A stretch of DNA of 63,984 bases, counting the filler, from Octopus bimaculoides (taxonomy: Eukaryota): NCBI RefSeq assembly GCF_001194135.2. It is 4 parts of 4 records of this genome, joined end to end, with 100 filler letters (N's around TTAATTAATTAA, not from the genome) between each part and the next. Parts side by side here need not be neighbours in the genome. Positions count along the whole stretch, not along the records: positions 30,462 to 50,901 come from NC_068993.1; 3 more parts are not named here. One strand, 5' to 3'. A program made the position numbers and the translations under genes. Below are positions 32,900-46,830 of the stretch, piece by piece (position 1 is the stretch's first letter; each line of letters starts with the position of its first letter). The notes beneath the pieces were generated by a model. It was given only the letters and a program-made list of their open reading frames with translations, was not told the DNA's origin and did no database searches.

Positions 32900-33560
32900 T
32901 TCTTGCTGACCAGAAGGCCTTGAAATAAACCGCAGAAGGCCTTGAAATAAACCGTATGGAAATACAGAGTCAAAGTAGTGGAGGGAACTGACAAAATAAA
33001 GAACATGAAAGAGAACTTCTACCTTATAAAGCCAGTAACTGTATTTCGAAACATTATCACTAAGATCTCCCACAGCGTAAAGGTAAATCCGATACAGTTT
33101 CTCTCAGTTATAATCACTGGTGAACAAGTTCCTGTTTATGAATCACTTCAATAATACTACTTAAGCTTACCAATATAGCGCCGTATGATGTGAGCTATAA
33201 CGAATAAAGAGGACGGCAATTGGCTACGAAATAGACGACCAATGGTAAGATACATACTAGAAATCTTTTTATGGAAGCATATAGCAAACGAGGTAATTTG
33301 TGAAGAGAGCGGATTGAGACATGCATTTGTGGAATACCGAAAGCACGAGTTCCGTTGCGCCGGAAATATCACAAGACTTACAAGCAACAAGCGGATATTT
33401 GCAGCTGTCCACAGGTATCCGAGAGATTGTAAGGCATCGCTCGGAAGCCTTCCAATACGACGAGATGACATTGAAATTATCTAGGCCCAAATAGAAGAGA
33501 AGGGTCAGACGCAAAAGAATGGAATCACTTCAGAATCCTCAAGAGTCTGTTCTGTTTAAC
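32900..33560 (+). mobile_element. Old RTE-clade LINE 3' fragment (RT C-terminus), degenerate
   Basis: EGLEINRME (about 32935), then ...EIFLWKHIANEVICEESGLRHAFVEYRKHEFRCAGNITRLTSNKRIFAAVHRYPRDCKASLGSLPIRRDDI, matching the RTE C-terminal pattern I.NE.IR..S...D......K..WAGHVAR....RW......WYPR..KR..GRP..RW. Confidence 0.75.
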
Positions 33561-36140
33561 GATAGGTGGATATACGTTATGATATTTACTAACATCCTAA
33601 TTAGAGCACTACGGCTACAAACCAGACCAGACCTTCCATGAATTACAAGCAGGAAAGAAGAATTGAATAAGTAAAGCGAAACTTGAACGAATCACAAATA
33701 TCTGCACATCATGTGCTTTATATGTGGCAGGGAAGGAGGGAGACTAGGAGAAAATGGCTTAATCATGGAGCTAAGTGGCCTGACACTCGCAGGCACATGA
33801 AAGAATTAGCATGAAAGGTTACAAATATCTCATTTTCCTTATAAATAGCTATGTAATTTTCTTGCAAACGCCAGCCAGAATCATAATTCCGCATAATAAT
33901 TTTCAAGAAGAAATTTATAGTAAATATGAATGTAATAAAATAACACGGTGCATGCGGATGTGGGGAATAGTGATATAGAGAGAAATATATATATATATAN
34001 NNNNNNNNNNNNNNNNNNNNNNNNNNNNNNNNNNNNNNNNNNNNNNNNNNNNNNNNNNNNNNNNNNNNNNNNNNNNNNNNNNNNNNNNNNNNNNNNNNNN
34101 NNNNNNNNNNNNNNNNNNNNNNNNNNNNNNNNNNNNNNNNNNNNNNNNNNNNNNNNNNNNNNNNNNNNNNNNNNNNNNNNNNNNNNNNNNNNNNNNNNNN
34201 NNNNNNNNNNNNNNNNNNNNNNNNNNNNNNNNNNNNNNNNNNNNNNNNNNNNNNNNNNNNNNNNNNNNNNNNNNNNNNNNNNNNNNNNNNNNNNNNNNNN
34301 NNNNNNNNNNNNNNNNNNNNNNNNNNNNNNNNNNNNNNNNNNNNNNNNNNNNNNNNNNNNNNNNNNNNNNNNNNNNNNNNNNNNNNNNNNNNNNNNNNNN
34401 NNNNNNNNNNNNNNNNNNNNNNNNNNNNNNNNNNNNNNNNNNNNNNNNNNNNNNNNNNNNNNNNNNNNNNNNNNNNNNNNNNNNNNNNNNNNNNNNNNNN
34501 NNNNNNNNNNNNNNNNNNNNNNNNNNNNNNNNNNNNNNNNNNNNNNNNNNNNNNNNNNNNNNNNNNNNNNNNNNNNNNNNNNNNNNNNNNNNNNNNNNNN
34601 NNNNNNNNNNNNNNNNNNNNNNNNNNNNNNNNNNNNNNNNNNNNNNNNNNNNNNNNNNNNNNNNNNNNNNNNNNNNNNNNNNNNNNNNNNNNNNNNNNNN
34701 NNNNNNNNNNNNNNNNNNNNNNNNNNNNNNNNNNNNNNNNNNNNNNNNNNNNNNNNNNNNNNNNNNNNNNNNNNNNNNNNNNNNNNNNNNNNNNNNNNNN
34801 NNNNNNNNNNNNNNNNNNNNNNNNNNNNNNNNNNNNNNNNNNNNNNNNNNNNNNNNNNNNNNNNNNNNNNNNNNNNNNNNNNNNNNNNNNNNNGTGTGTG
34901 TGTGTGTATGTGTGTGTGTGTGGGGGGGGCATGAAATATGAATGAGTTTAAGTACGCTTATATCACGTTCGACTTGATAGGAATAATAGAAATAATAGCT
35001 CAATCTTTATCAAATATTTTCATTTTTAGAAGCGCCAACGCATAAAGTTTCCCTACATTTGCTGCACATTAAAACGTGAGGAGTAGGTCACGAATGAAAT
35101 GCCTGTGATGGTATGTATCAAACCATTCATCTATAAAGGCAAAATTAAGGGAAATACTTGGTTAGCAGAATGTCTGTGCTGGTACACATTCTACAAAGTC
35201 TATCACAGTCGAGATGTTTATGCTTGTAGAAGGATGTTAGAGACAAGGAAATGTTGATTGCATTTATTAAATAGCCAATGAAATTCACTAAGAGGCCAGC
35301 TGTTCCGATCCCAAAACCAGATTCTCAGTAATTGATAGTATCGTACTCTTCAAGAGCATACATATCGGTCTCGTAGGCATTGGATTGGCTGAGTCGGCAA
35401 AAATAAAAAAAAAGAAACCTCTTCCATCGGTTATTCTTAGTTATTGTTTAGAATTCAAACCATGTCAAAATCATCAGCTTTTATCTATGTTTCTTTAGTG
35501 TTCGATAAAATAGGGTATCAGTGAATTGTGGGGTTAATGTAATGCACTAACTACGTTATTCCAAATTTCAAGGACTGAGCCTTTTTATTTACACACATCA
35601 ATAAATATAATAATGTGCAGTTATGTATAAAAATAAATTGAAATTAAACTGAAGGAGGTGTATTTAAAGGGAAGTCAGTAATTATAGGAGAGTATATATT
35701 TATTAATTTTAACAAAGAAAGGTTTCACAATCACAGCTAGCAAGCCGAAATTTCGAAGTTACTGTCAAAACAGTTCCTTCTGAAAAATTATATATATACG
35801 TATTTTTATACACACATACACATAAATATACGCACACATGCGCAAACATATACACACATACATGCATACACACACACTTACACGTATATAATGGCGTCTG
35901 TGTTTTTGCGTATGATATTGATGTGTAGGATGTTTTCTTTTAGCAGAAGCAGAGTGGATGGGTGCATTTCCTTATTAATCTTTGATCAAGTGCAACTTTA
36001 TATGCATATCGAACATCTGTATATTAAGCACACATACACATGCACACAATATATAATTATATATTTTGATACACACACATATGCATACATAAAACGCATG
36101 CATGCATATATATATATATATATATATATANNNNNNNNNN

Positions 36141-36181
<41 letters not shown>

Positions 36182-37178
36182 GGTGTACGTATGTATATAT
36201 GTGTGTGTGTGTACATGTATCTATATATACACATGTATGTATGTATATAATGGAGAAATCGTACGGGTCGAAATATGTGTTATACCCAATAAAGTCTAAT
36301 ATGCATTCCATCTCCTATTCTATTTATACAATATATGTGTGTGCGTGTGTGCGTGTGTGTGTGTCTGTGTGTGTGTGTGTAATACACATATACACGTTCA
36401 CCGCGTATATGATTTCTGATTTGGAATCATGTAAGATTGTAGATGATAGAGCCAACTAATTGGCTTTGATATTAAGAAGTTGATTTTTATTTCCACATTC
36501 CTCTACGTTATATCACTAATTTGTATATTACGAGAAACTTAAAATTTCTACTTCCTCTCTACCTCATTATCTCTCATCATTTCCTCTCGAAGATAATTTT
36601 CTTGTTGGTATTTCAATGTGATATGTAGATGTTGATACTCTGTGTGTTATATCATGTGTTTCTCGTTAGACTTTCCATATTTGGTCCTTGTTATTTTGCT
36701 GTCACTTTTGTGTATAAATGACTTTATATTTTTTTTTCTTGTTAATTTCCTAATTTCCAATTTCAAGATATTTTTTAGTGATATCCAAGAAATATATAAT
36801 CATATCAGAATGATATATATTTTAGCAGTTTGTTTTATTATTTTATAATTATTATATTATCTTTTCTTACCATTAGACACGTTGTTATTTAGTTTCGTTA
36901 AATTACGTTCTAACCGAATGATTCTAGGCATATTCTTTATAACTGACTATTTAATATGAGAACCTACCGGAGTAATCAATCGACTCTATGGTTTATCTGT
37001 ATGCTTTATGTAATATTTTCTCATCATTAACCGCACTGGTATTTAGTTTTGTTAAATTACGTTGTGATTTCTTTTTTAACCGAATGATACTAACCGAAAT
37101 ATACTAAGTTTGTTCTCTGTAACTGGACAGTTAATATTAGAACTTGCGAAATACAAAGCTCGATATTAGCGACTGCAT

Positions 37179-37387
37179 AAGGCAAAGAGCTGGCAGAATC
37201 TTTAGTACAACGAGCAAAATGCTTAACGGCATTTCGTTCGGCTTTATATTCTGGGTTCAAATTCCGATGAGGTCTACTTTGCATTTAGTCCTTTCGGGGC
37301 TGAATAACATAAGTACCAGTTGAATGCTTTGGTTGATATAATCGACTTACTCCGAAAATACTGGCCTTGTGCCAAAATACGAAATCA
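37179..37387 (+). mobile_element. SINE family A with a 16-bp TSD
   Basis: ATATTAGCGACTGCAT occurs at 37163-37178 and 37388-37403; type-2 tail. Confidence 0.9.
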
Positions 37388-37464
37388 ATATTAGCGACTG
37401 CATGTTTTATCTTAACCTGGGATCCTGTGTGTGCACCAGATCTCATTATTATTAATGATGATAA

Positions 37465-37660
37465 AGGAGTGAGCTGGCGGAAACGTTAGCACGCCGGGCA
37501 AAATGCTTCGCAGAATTTCATCCGTCCTTATTCTGAGATCAAATTCCACCAAGGTCGGCTTTAACGTTCATCCTTTCGGAGCCGATGAAATAAGTACCTG
37601 TTGAGAATTGGGGTCGATGTAATCGAGCATTCCTGGTTGGAAATAATTCGCCTGTCTCAA
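37465..37660 (+). mobile_element. SINE family A copy
   Basis: aaggagtgagctggcggaaacgttagcacgccgggcaaaatgc...gagatcaaattccaccaagg...ggggtcgatgtaatcgagc. Confidence 0.8.
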
Positions 37661-37935
37661 TCTACATATTCTCGAAAGTGCCATCAGACTTTGAACCTGC
37701 TGAAGATTCTTCTTAAAATCATCTCATACCATCATTTCATCTATTTGGTTTACCGCTTTACGTTCAACATGTGCGTCTTTGAATATCCTCATTCATTTCT
37801 AATACGGATATACAACCTCATAAAATCTCATGCAAGTACATTTATGATTTATATGTTTTTATATATTCATATATTTATATACTTTTATAATATGTCACAT
37901 ACACACACATACAGACCGACACATACACAAACACG

Positions 37936-37975
<40 letters not shown>

Positions 37976-39654
37976 CACACACACAAACACACACATATAT
38001 ATGAGTGCATCTATGTATGCTGTGAAGTATTTCGATGCTGTGAAATACATTGAGTGATTAAGAACTGTGACTTCTGAAAATTGTCCTCTCTTTCTTGATC
38101 TTATATATATATATATATATATATATANNNNNNNNNNNNNNNNNNNNNNNNNNNNNNNNNNNNNNNNNNNNNNNNNNNNNNNNNNNNNNNNNNNNNNNNN
38201 NNNNNNNNNNNNNNNNNNNNNNNNNNNNNNNNNNNNNNNNNNNNNNNNNNNNNNNNNNNNNNNNNNNNNNNNNNNNNNNNNNNNNNNNNNNNNNNNNNNN
38301 NNNNNNNNNNNNNNNNNNNNNNNNNNNNNNNNNNNNNNNNNNNNNNNNNNNNNNNNNNNNNNNNNNNNNNNNNNNNNNNAAATATATGCATATGTATGTA
38401 TGCATTCATATATGTATATGTATGTGTTTGTTGCCAAGAGAAATGGCGGATTAACTTAATCTATGGAGCTAAACGGACGTAGAAATGGATAAGAAGATGC
38501 CAAAATATTTTCTGTTAGGAATTTTTTGTAATAGATAATAAGTATAAAAAGATAAATAAAAACGTGCTTCTCGTAAAAAGTAAAAAGCATTTTAATAAAA
38601 AAGGAATCTACAAAAAAAGAAAGATTGTAATTCTTATGTACAAGTGATTCAGCAATAGTGCTTCGTGTCTCTTTGTGAACAATCTCATTAACTCTTTTAA
38701 TGACTACTATAGACTAACACGGTTAAGAATACAGACAGATATATGAATATTGTTTATCTGAAAATATTAGAGAAATATTTTCTGAGCACTTTATAATAAG
38801 CCGCTTTCATTCAAAACTTTATATGATTTTAGTTATTTAACCGGTGAGAAAGCAAGGCGTTCCCCATATTCTGTGTTAAATAATATCTCAACAACGTTAC
38901 CTGGTGCTCAATGTTTGGCAACAGGTGGCGCACTTGTGAATGTGCTGACAGCATCATCAAGTAAATTGTGAAAAAGAGCCGGTTTCATGATGTAGGTGAG
39001 GTCCATATAAAGAGGATAGAGTTTTTTTCTGAAGAGGATGTAGTGAGAAAAAATGGGTAATTCAGTTGCATCACTGTGATTAGGTGGAGTTATTAGCAGC
39101 TCTTGTTATTACCCGAGCATCCAAGTCAACTGAACCATATCAGAAATTGTGTTATGTCAGAACTCGTATAAACTTATATACACCGAAAGCACTTTAATCA
39201 CGTACTAAGTGTCATACCATACTTAGCTTTCAAAGTTTGCTTGTTAAAATGTTATGTTGTGATATGTTGAAATATATCATTGTAATACATTTGAACAGGT
39301 TAATTTATACCAAATGGTCCTTGCATGGAATTCTTAAATGTTATCTTGGATCAAAGAAATATTTGAAGTCAGATTACAACTAATGTGCCCAATACAATTA
39401 GAATTTCGTCATTCTGTCTCAACTGGCAAAAACATGCAATTAAATATGGATATACGTGTGTGTGTGTGTATACGTATGTATATTTGCGTGTGCGTGTGAG
39501 CGAAAGACATTTATTGAAAATAGTGTGTACGTATAACTCATACTAAAAGTTTTGAGACATCAATGTAAGAGTACTACACAGAGATATATTAGGTATAAAC
39601 TACTGTAGGAATGGAAAACGAGAAAACATAAAATCAATATTTTCAATAATGGTA

Positions 39655-39800
39655 GCATACAGGGAAGACGAATAATGATCATCAGTCTAATGCAAATACG
39701 AAACATAAACAGATAACTTGTAAAAATCTGCCTCAAATTCGCTGGGAATTTTCTTCCTTCAGAAATTACAGCTGCATTTAAGATTCACAGTTTTTGTTTT
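39655..39800 (+). pseudogene. Highly decayed mariner transposase remnant (catalytic region)
   Basis: GKTNNDHQSNANTKHKQITCKNLPQIRWEF loosely aligns with the mariner ..HQDNARPH...T.QKL..LGWE.. motif. Confidence 0.35.
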
Positions 39801-41019
39801 TGTATCCTTTTTTAAAAATTTGTATGGAAGTCAGTGGGGGTAATTTTACAGAGGAAAGTAGAACTAGAATAAATAGATATAGTTTCAGTAATGAAATTAA
39901 GTGAGTGAAGTTGTAAAAATCTTAAAGTATTTTTAATAATGCATTGTATTGTATATATTTACTATAGAAATATCACCATTGTGTTTACTTAAAATGCTGG
40001 GTAAAAATGCGCAGAAAGCTTGAATAAATGATAAAATTAGCAGGAAGTCTGGAAATATTTACAGATAATTAAAATATATTTTTAATATCATAATAATTAA
40101 AAGCAAATAATAAGCGAATGAAAATATAGGATTAATAGGGTATAACAAATAAAGCTGAAATTTTCATTTTAAATTAAAAATATACTGGTTAGATAAGCAA
40201 CTTAAAATACTGAAGTAGCACACGAGATAAGGTTTGACCTATAAACATATAAAAGTAAGGAATGACAATTTTAAAAAATATGAAACGGTCCAGATAGATA
40301 ATTATGTGGCATAAGAATAGATATTAGAAATAATATTTATGATAGGTATACTTAGATAAAGTCTAGCTATAATTACGAAAATATAATAGCAGAGGTGCAA
40401 TAAGTGAATAGATAATATATAATTACGTTAAATGCAAGTGAATGAAATAGAATAATTAAATATATTTCAGCGTTAAGCTAAGGAACATGGCATAGAATAT
40501 AGCGCCTACATATTAAGAGAATGATTGTTATGATGGTGATAAAACGAAAGTTAAATTGATGAGTTGAAATAGGCATTTCTAAGAATGGCATAGTTTTGAA
40601 CTACGGATATAGGAAAAGATATGAAGAAAACAAAAAGGAAAAGAAAAGCTGTATTTAATAACTTAGGTTTAATGTATCTAGGCTGTTACAACTAGAAATC
40701 AAGAAGGCTAAGGAGAATGAAATGAGGTGGGATTCCATTCATGAGAATGGGAACTGAAATCATTTCCTGTCCCAGTGTAAACTTGTAGATAGAGGGTGAC
40801 CAGTATAAATAGTGATCCGTTTATCTATCTAATTAACTCAGAGGTTTGTATTAGAGTTGAGCTTTCGAGAACTTACATACGTAAGTTCAAATTTGTTCCT
40901 TCATATTCATTTAAGATAATTCCAAGATTTTTCATTGAGCATAAATTGCACTGCATGTTGTAATCCGTAAAAAAATCTGATTGCCGTTGCCTTGTTCCAG
41001 TTATAAAATTAACTGATGG

Positions 41020-41420
41020 TTTTCATTAAATCTTATAAAACCTTATTTAGCTTTAAAAAGTTCGGTGGGGGAGATTTTAAGGAAATACTATAGTGGATAA
41101 ACGATAAGATTAAACGATGGCAGACATTGATATTGGAAAACTTAAATGTGGAGAGCGTTTCGAACGAGATTTGTTTAAAAGTGCGGGAAAAAAAAGCAGA
41201 CGCAATTTTAAAATGATTAATATGGGATTATGGCGTTAAGAGAAATGATAGAAAGAAATACGAAGGGTTGTTTGGGTGAGCTTCACAAGATGGGATATGA
41301 AATTTTACCAGTCCAGAGTAACAGACCTTTTCAAATCTGAACAGAAAGTAGGAACAAAATCAAAAGTATATATCTGTGCTAATGGCTCAATGATGCTTTT
41401 AAGGGCCGAATGCTTTGCAT
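41020..41420 (+). pseudogene. Highly decayed mariner transposase remnant
   Basis: KKFGGGDFKE (compare WFKKF.SGDF..ED), LGELHKMGYEILP (compare L.ELG.E.LPHP) and DLFKS (compare HLFRS) occur in order, but with large deletions. Confidence 0.3.
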
Positions 41421-42190
41421 TTGGATGCAGCTTAAAAAGTGTTGCTGTCCATGAAAGCAGTAAAATCCATCGGTGTTGAGACATCACATAAGTATTCATA
41501 AATATTCAGGAAAACTGAGAACCGACAGATATAGCAGAGCCAGAGGCTAAGTGCACGACATTGCTTCTACGTAGTTATTTCGACTCCCGTTGGCGTCTAC
41601 TTTAAATTTAATAGACACAGCTCTCTTCTTTCTCCAAATGTTATGGCTTTCAGCTAATGTACACATGCACACACATAGAGTTGTATACACACACGCACGC
41701 ACAGGCACACACACATATATATATATATATTTAGACAAAGTTCTGTACAGATTTATAAATATACATAGTGTGTGAATATATATATGTACATATATTGATA
41801 TACATGCATGTGTATTTCTGTTTCTCTCTCTCTCACTGTATATATNNNNNNNNNNNNNNNNNNNNNNNNNNNNNNNNNNNNNNNNNNNNNNNNNNNNNNN
41901 NNNNNNNNNNNNNNNNNNNNNNNNNNNNNNNNNNNNNNNNNNNNNNNNNNNNNNNNNNNNNNNNNNNNNNNNNNNNNNNNNNNNNNNNNNNNNNNNNNNN
42001 NNNNNNNNNNNNNNNNNNNNNNNNNNNNNNNNNNNNNNNNNNNNNNNNNNNNNNNNNNNNNNNNNNNNNNNNNNNNNNNNNNNNNNNNNNNNNNNNNNNN
42101 NNNNNNNNNNNNNNNNNNNNNNNNNNNNNNNNNNNNNNNNNNNNNNNNNNNNNNNNNNNNNNNNNNNNNNNNNNNNNNNNNNNNNNNNNN

Positions 42191-42241
<51 letters not shown>

Positions 42242-42735
42242 CGCAGGTATTATATATAGAGAGAAAGAGAGAGAGAGTGAGAGAGAGAGTGTGTGGAGGA
42301 GACTGACACACACACAAACATATGTATATATAGGCCATTTGAAAGCATTGGGAATCTATTAAACGAAGCATGTTTCACCTATGTGAATGAACCTAATACA
42401 AGGAAGAAATCTAAAGAGACACAGACCATGTACTTAAATGAATTACGTCATTATTTGCTTCATGTAGTCTGTATTATAATACTATGCTGCATTTAAAATT
42501 TTCACAAAATACATTTCTCTTTGTACTAATATGCGTATGTAGACTATGCATGCCTGTGTGTGTATACGTGTATGTTGCATATATATNNNNNNNNNNNNNN
42601 NNNNNNNNNNNNNNNNNNNNNNNNNNNNNNNNNNNNNNNNNNNNNNNNNNNNNNNNNNNNNNNNNNNNNNNNNNNNNNNNNNNNNNNNNNNNNNNNNNNN
42701 NNNNNNNNNNNNNNNNNNNNNNNNNNNNNNNNNNN

Positions 42736-42767
<32 letters not shown>

Positions 42768-45725
42768 AACGTCTATATAAATGTATATATACATATGGAA
42801 ATAGGCGACACAGAGAGGGAGATATTTATTTTACAGAAAAATTACATTTCTTCGTCTCGGTTCGTGAAAATGTAATTTTGTGCAGCACAGTGTCGGATGA
42901 GATGCGACTGATGCGACTTACTTTGCATTGTTATCAATAAATCATGTCTACAGTTTTGCTTTTCTTCATGAAATTGAAAATGAAAAACATTTTATTTTTT
43001 AAGGTTTCCAATTTGCAAACGATGCGAAAACTTTGAAATTCTTGATAAAGCTTAAAATCTTGTTGGCATCAGATTTACAACGTGACTCCAAATCCCTTCA
43101 ACCCGTATATGATTTATTTAGCTGGCCCAAGACATAACATTGACACATTATTTGAAGACTGCATTCAATTAAACGTTGGATAATGGAAATTATTATTTGT
43201 TTTTTTTTTTAGTTGAGAAAGAGATAGTTTTCAGTAAATGAATTTATTGCAAGTTTTGTGTTTATAATAAATTTCACATTTTTTTATATTCCAGATTTTG
43301 CTTTTAGTTTAAGCGATTCAGTTGCGAAACAGTTATTTACCAAATATTTTTGTTGAATAAAACCAGTCACCATTTCATTTTTCAACATTGTATTTCAAAT
43401 TTATGTAGCGAAACTAGAAACTTACGTTATCGCCACGATGCTGATAGACATTAATTATAAGTAATCCGATATAGGGGGCGTCTGGAGATTTGTTCACTCG
43501 TAAATTAATTCAGAAGACAAATCATGAACGAAGGTTTAACAAAAGACAAACACACACGTTATATATGTATTACAATTTGATGAAGCGCAACAGAAAGTGA
43601 CATTTCGGACAGGAGGTCTTCGCCAAGATAGATAGAGGGAAAGAGACTAAATATTAATTAGACTAAAAAATGTGTTTGTTATAGGCGAGCATGGTACACA
43701 ATGGCAGGAGTAAAGTATAGAAAGGCTTGATGGTTTTGATAGAGGTGAGTGCATTTGATAGTCATTGAATGTCGGTCAAACCAACAAGTTAACAAAAAGA
43801 TAAGCAGCAAGAACATATTTATCAATAGGTTTGTAAGAGATGGTTTAAGATTATGTAATTGTATGGGTGGGAGATTAACGTGTCAAACAGTTGCAAGTAG
43901 TAAAAATATAAACATAGCAGTGTGTATGTGCATATGAGCAGCTATATAATCGTGTTTTTATAGAATGAGGATGGCGAGGACATATGAGTATGGCTGCCTT
44001 TATGTATGACTGGGAGTGTATGAGAGCATAATTAGAACTCTTTTGTCATCACTGTAAAATATGTTAGGTAAATAGAAACAACCTTTACGAATGAAGTAAT
44101 AGTTTTAGGGAAATAGAGGAATATGTAAAAGCGCTTTCCTCATGTAAAACAGTAAATAATTCCTTTATAGCGATTCAGTCATTATTTCTAGTAGATCGAT
44201 AGACAATCCAGAGACTCCCTTGTCGGCCATTCTGCTATGTGTTGCAATTATTTTGTGATTGTAGCTCTTCTTCATGTCGTTTGTGTTCACAGTGTGGGAG
44301 CTGGTGTCCGTGTTACTACCGCTGCTTTTGTTTCGATGTTAGCGGTGTTAATGTTGCTATTTTCTTACTATCATTTGTGATGCCACAATCATTGTTGTGG
44401 TCGTTATTGTTTCAGCCAGTCACTCATATAGTGTCAACTTTTTGCTCAAACCCAGAAAATTTAGGAGAGCGGTAAGTCAGTTACATTCTCCCCGTAGCTC
44501 AACTGATACACATTTTATCAGCCCCAAATAATAACAAAGTTGACCGCAAAGTAATGAGTCGGTGGACATCGAACGTAATCGAACATAAAAGACTTCTGGC
44601 TATACATATCTACTCTCGCCCATCCTGTCTTGTATTGAGGATGTGCGTAAAATCATATGAAAATAAGTCTTTCTTGTTTAAAATCTATGGAGCTCAAATT
44701 GAAGATGATTTGGATGATATATCGAGCAACCACTTACAGGCCTCATATTGGCTGGTTATGTTGGGGATTTTCTTGCAAATGTAATGTAAATATTGCTTGT
44801 GTTGTTGCAGTGTGTATGAAGTTGCTGATGTGTACTTGCTAATTTTGTTCTATTTTCCTCGCAATAATACCCACATGTCCATTGCTAGTTTTAGATTAAC
44901 AGAGCTGTGATTGAAGACATCCGGTCTATCTTTTATCCAAGACTGTATATTGTCGTTGTTATTGTCGTTTTCATTGTCGCTGTGGTTATGCTACAACAAA
45001 ATCAAATGTACGAACCGTGGTTAATATAACCCAACAAGGCGTAATAACGCGTAGAAACACGTAGTAACGCAGACGAAGACACAGCGAGCTTAAAAACGTA
45101 ACTTTAGCTAATCAAATCAATATTTCATTTTGCTGTTCGTAAAACAATTAATGTAAGGGAAATTGGAACTTCTAATCGGGTAAATCTAATAAATTCATAA
45201 ACGCACTGACAGTTCTTACATTATTGCAGTGTAGTTTATGCTATATAGCAATGTAGAGTAATGTAAGTACTTTAGCATTATAGTGTATCTTGTAATATAA
45301 TATATAATATATCGAATTACACCTAATATAAGCGTATTTGATTTAAAGTACCGATATAGTGCGTCATGCGATACAGTAATATAGTGCAGTATACACAGTA
45401 TACTGTTATAGTACATTTCATGTAATCTAGTACCATAGATACATTTCACGTTACATAGTAATACACTGTATTTTATACAGTATAGTAATACACTGTATTC
45501 AATATAATATACAGTGTATTATAGTTATAAGTAAAATAGATTATTAGTACCGAGAGTATAGTAATATAGTGTTTTTCAAGTTATATTATAATATAGTCAT
45601 ATAGTGTATTTCATTTAATATACTAATATTGGGCAGTATATTACGGTAGGAATGCATTATATGAATGCTATGTGTATAGTGTATTTTTTTAGTGTAGTTC
45701 ATATAATATCGTGGTACGACGTAGG

Positions 45726-46055
45726 TTACCACGATGAGGGTTCCAGCTGATATGATTGACGGAACAGCCTGCTCGTGAGATTAACGTGCAAGTGGCTGAA
45801 CTCTCCACAGACACGTGTACCCTTAATATAGTTCTTGTGGGGATTCAGCGTGACACAGAGGGTGACAAGGCCGGCCTCTTTGAAATACAGGTACAAGAGA
45901 AACAGAAAGAAAGAGTGAGAGAAAGTCGTGGTAAAAGAATACGACAAAGTTCGCCACCACGTGGAGCTTTAGGTGCTTTTGCTCAATAAAAACTCACAAC
46001 GCCCGGTCTGGGAATCGAAACCGGGAGTCCACTGTCCGAACCACAGAGTCATTAG
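45726..46055 (-). mobile_element. SINE family D
   Basis: ttaccacgatgagggttccagctgat...ggaacagcctgctcgtgagattaacgtgcaagtggctga...acacgtgtacccttaa...ggtctgggaatcgaaacc. Confidence 0.75.
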
Positions 46056-46369
46056 GCCACCACTTATATAATATAGTATTGAAACATACCACTATATTAT
46101 ATAACGATATTATGTAGCACTACATTATACAGCAATATAATAAATCAACACATATCGGAATGAAATGCGTTAATAGATTATTTTATTATGGAAATGTAAA
46201 TCAGTTTACGCTATTTTTAAGATTTTTAGATGCCTTCACATTCAATGTTTGTATTTTTTTAATTTTATTTACAAATCGATATTTATTGAACATTCATATT
46301 GGAACCATGATGCATTGAATACAGTGAAATTCCCATTTTAAAATATCTTTATTTTTGTCTTTCTGTTCT

Positions 46370-46612
46370 TGTTTCAGTCATTGAAATGCTGTCATACTGG
46401 AGCACCGCGTTGAAGGATCAAGTCGAGAAAGTCGTTTCGGGTACCTGTTTTTGGTCAACCTGGTACTTATTCTACATGCTGCTTTTGGTGAACCAACGTG
46501 CCACGGGGCCGTAAAGAAAACAATGCTGGTTGTCAAAAACAGTGGGAGGGAGAAAAGCACATATTCAAAAACATACACGTGCACAGAAATACACACTCTC
46601 TTTCTCTCTAGG

Positions 46613-46658
<46 letters not shown>

Positions 46659-46830
46659 ACACACACACATACACAATCACACGCATATATATATATATAT
46701 ATATATATAGATATATAGATATATATACAACGGGCTCCTGCACAGTTTCCCTGAAGCAAATTTACCCTTAAGATATTCTTCTCTACTGGCTATAGTAGAT
46801 GGCACTTGCCGAAAGTGCCACACACAAACT
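46370..46830 (-). mobile_element. Old SINE family B copy (both halves, expanded internal microsatellite)
   Basis: cttgtttcagtcattgaaatgctgtcatactggagcaccgc (tail) and cagtttcc...ggctatagtagatggcacttgccgaaagtgccacac (core). Confidence 0.55.

Noticed and set aside
45200-45700. AT-rich tagtaatacactgta-type degenerate repeats with local inversions
   Set aside because: Consistent with decayed simple-sequence slippage; no stable period or structure found.
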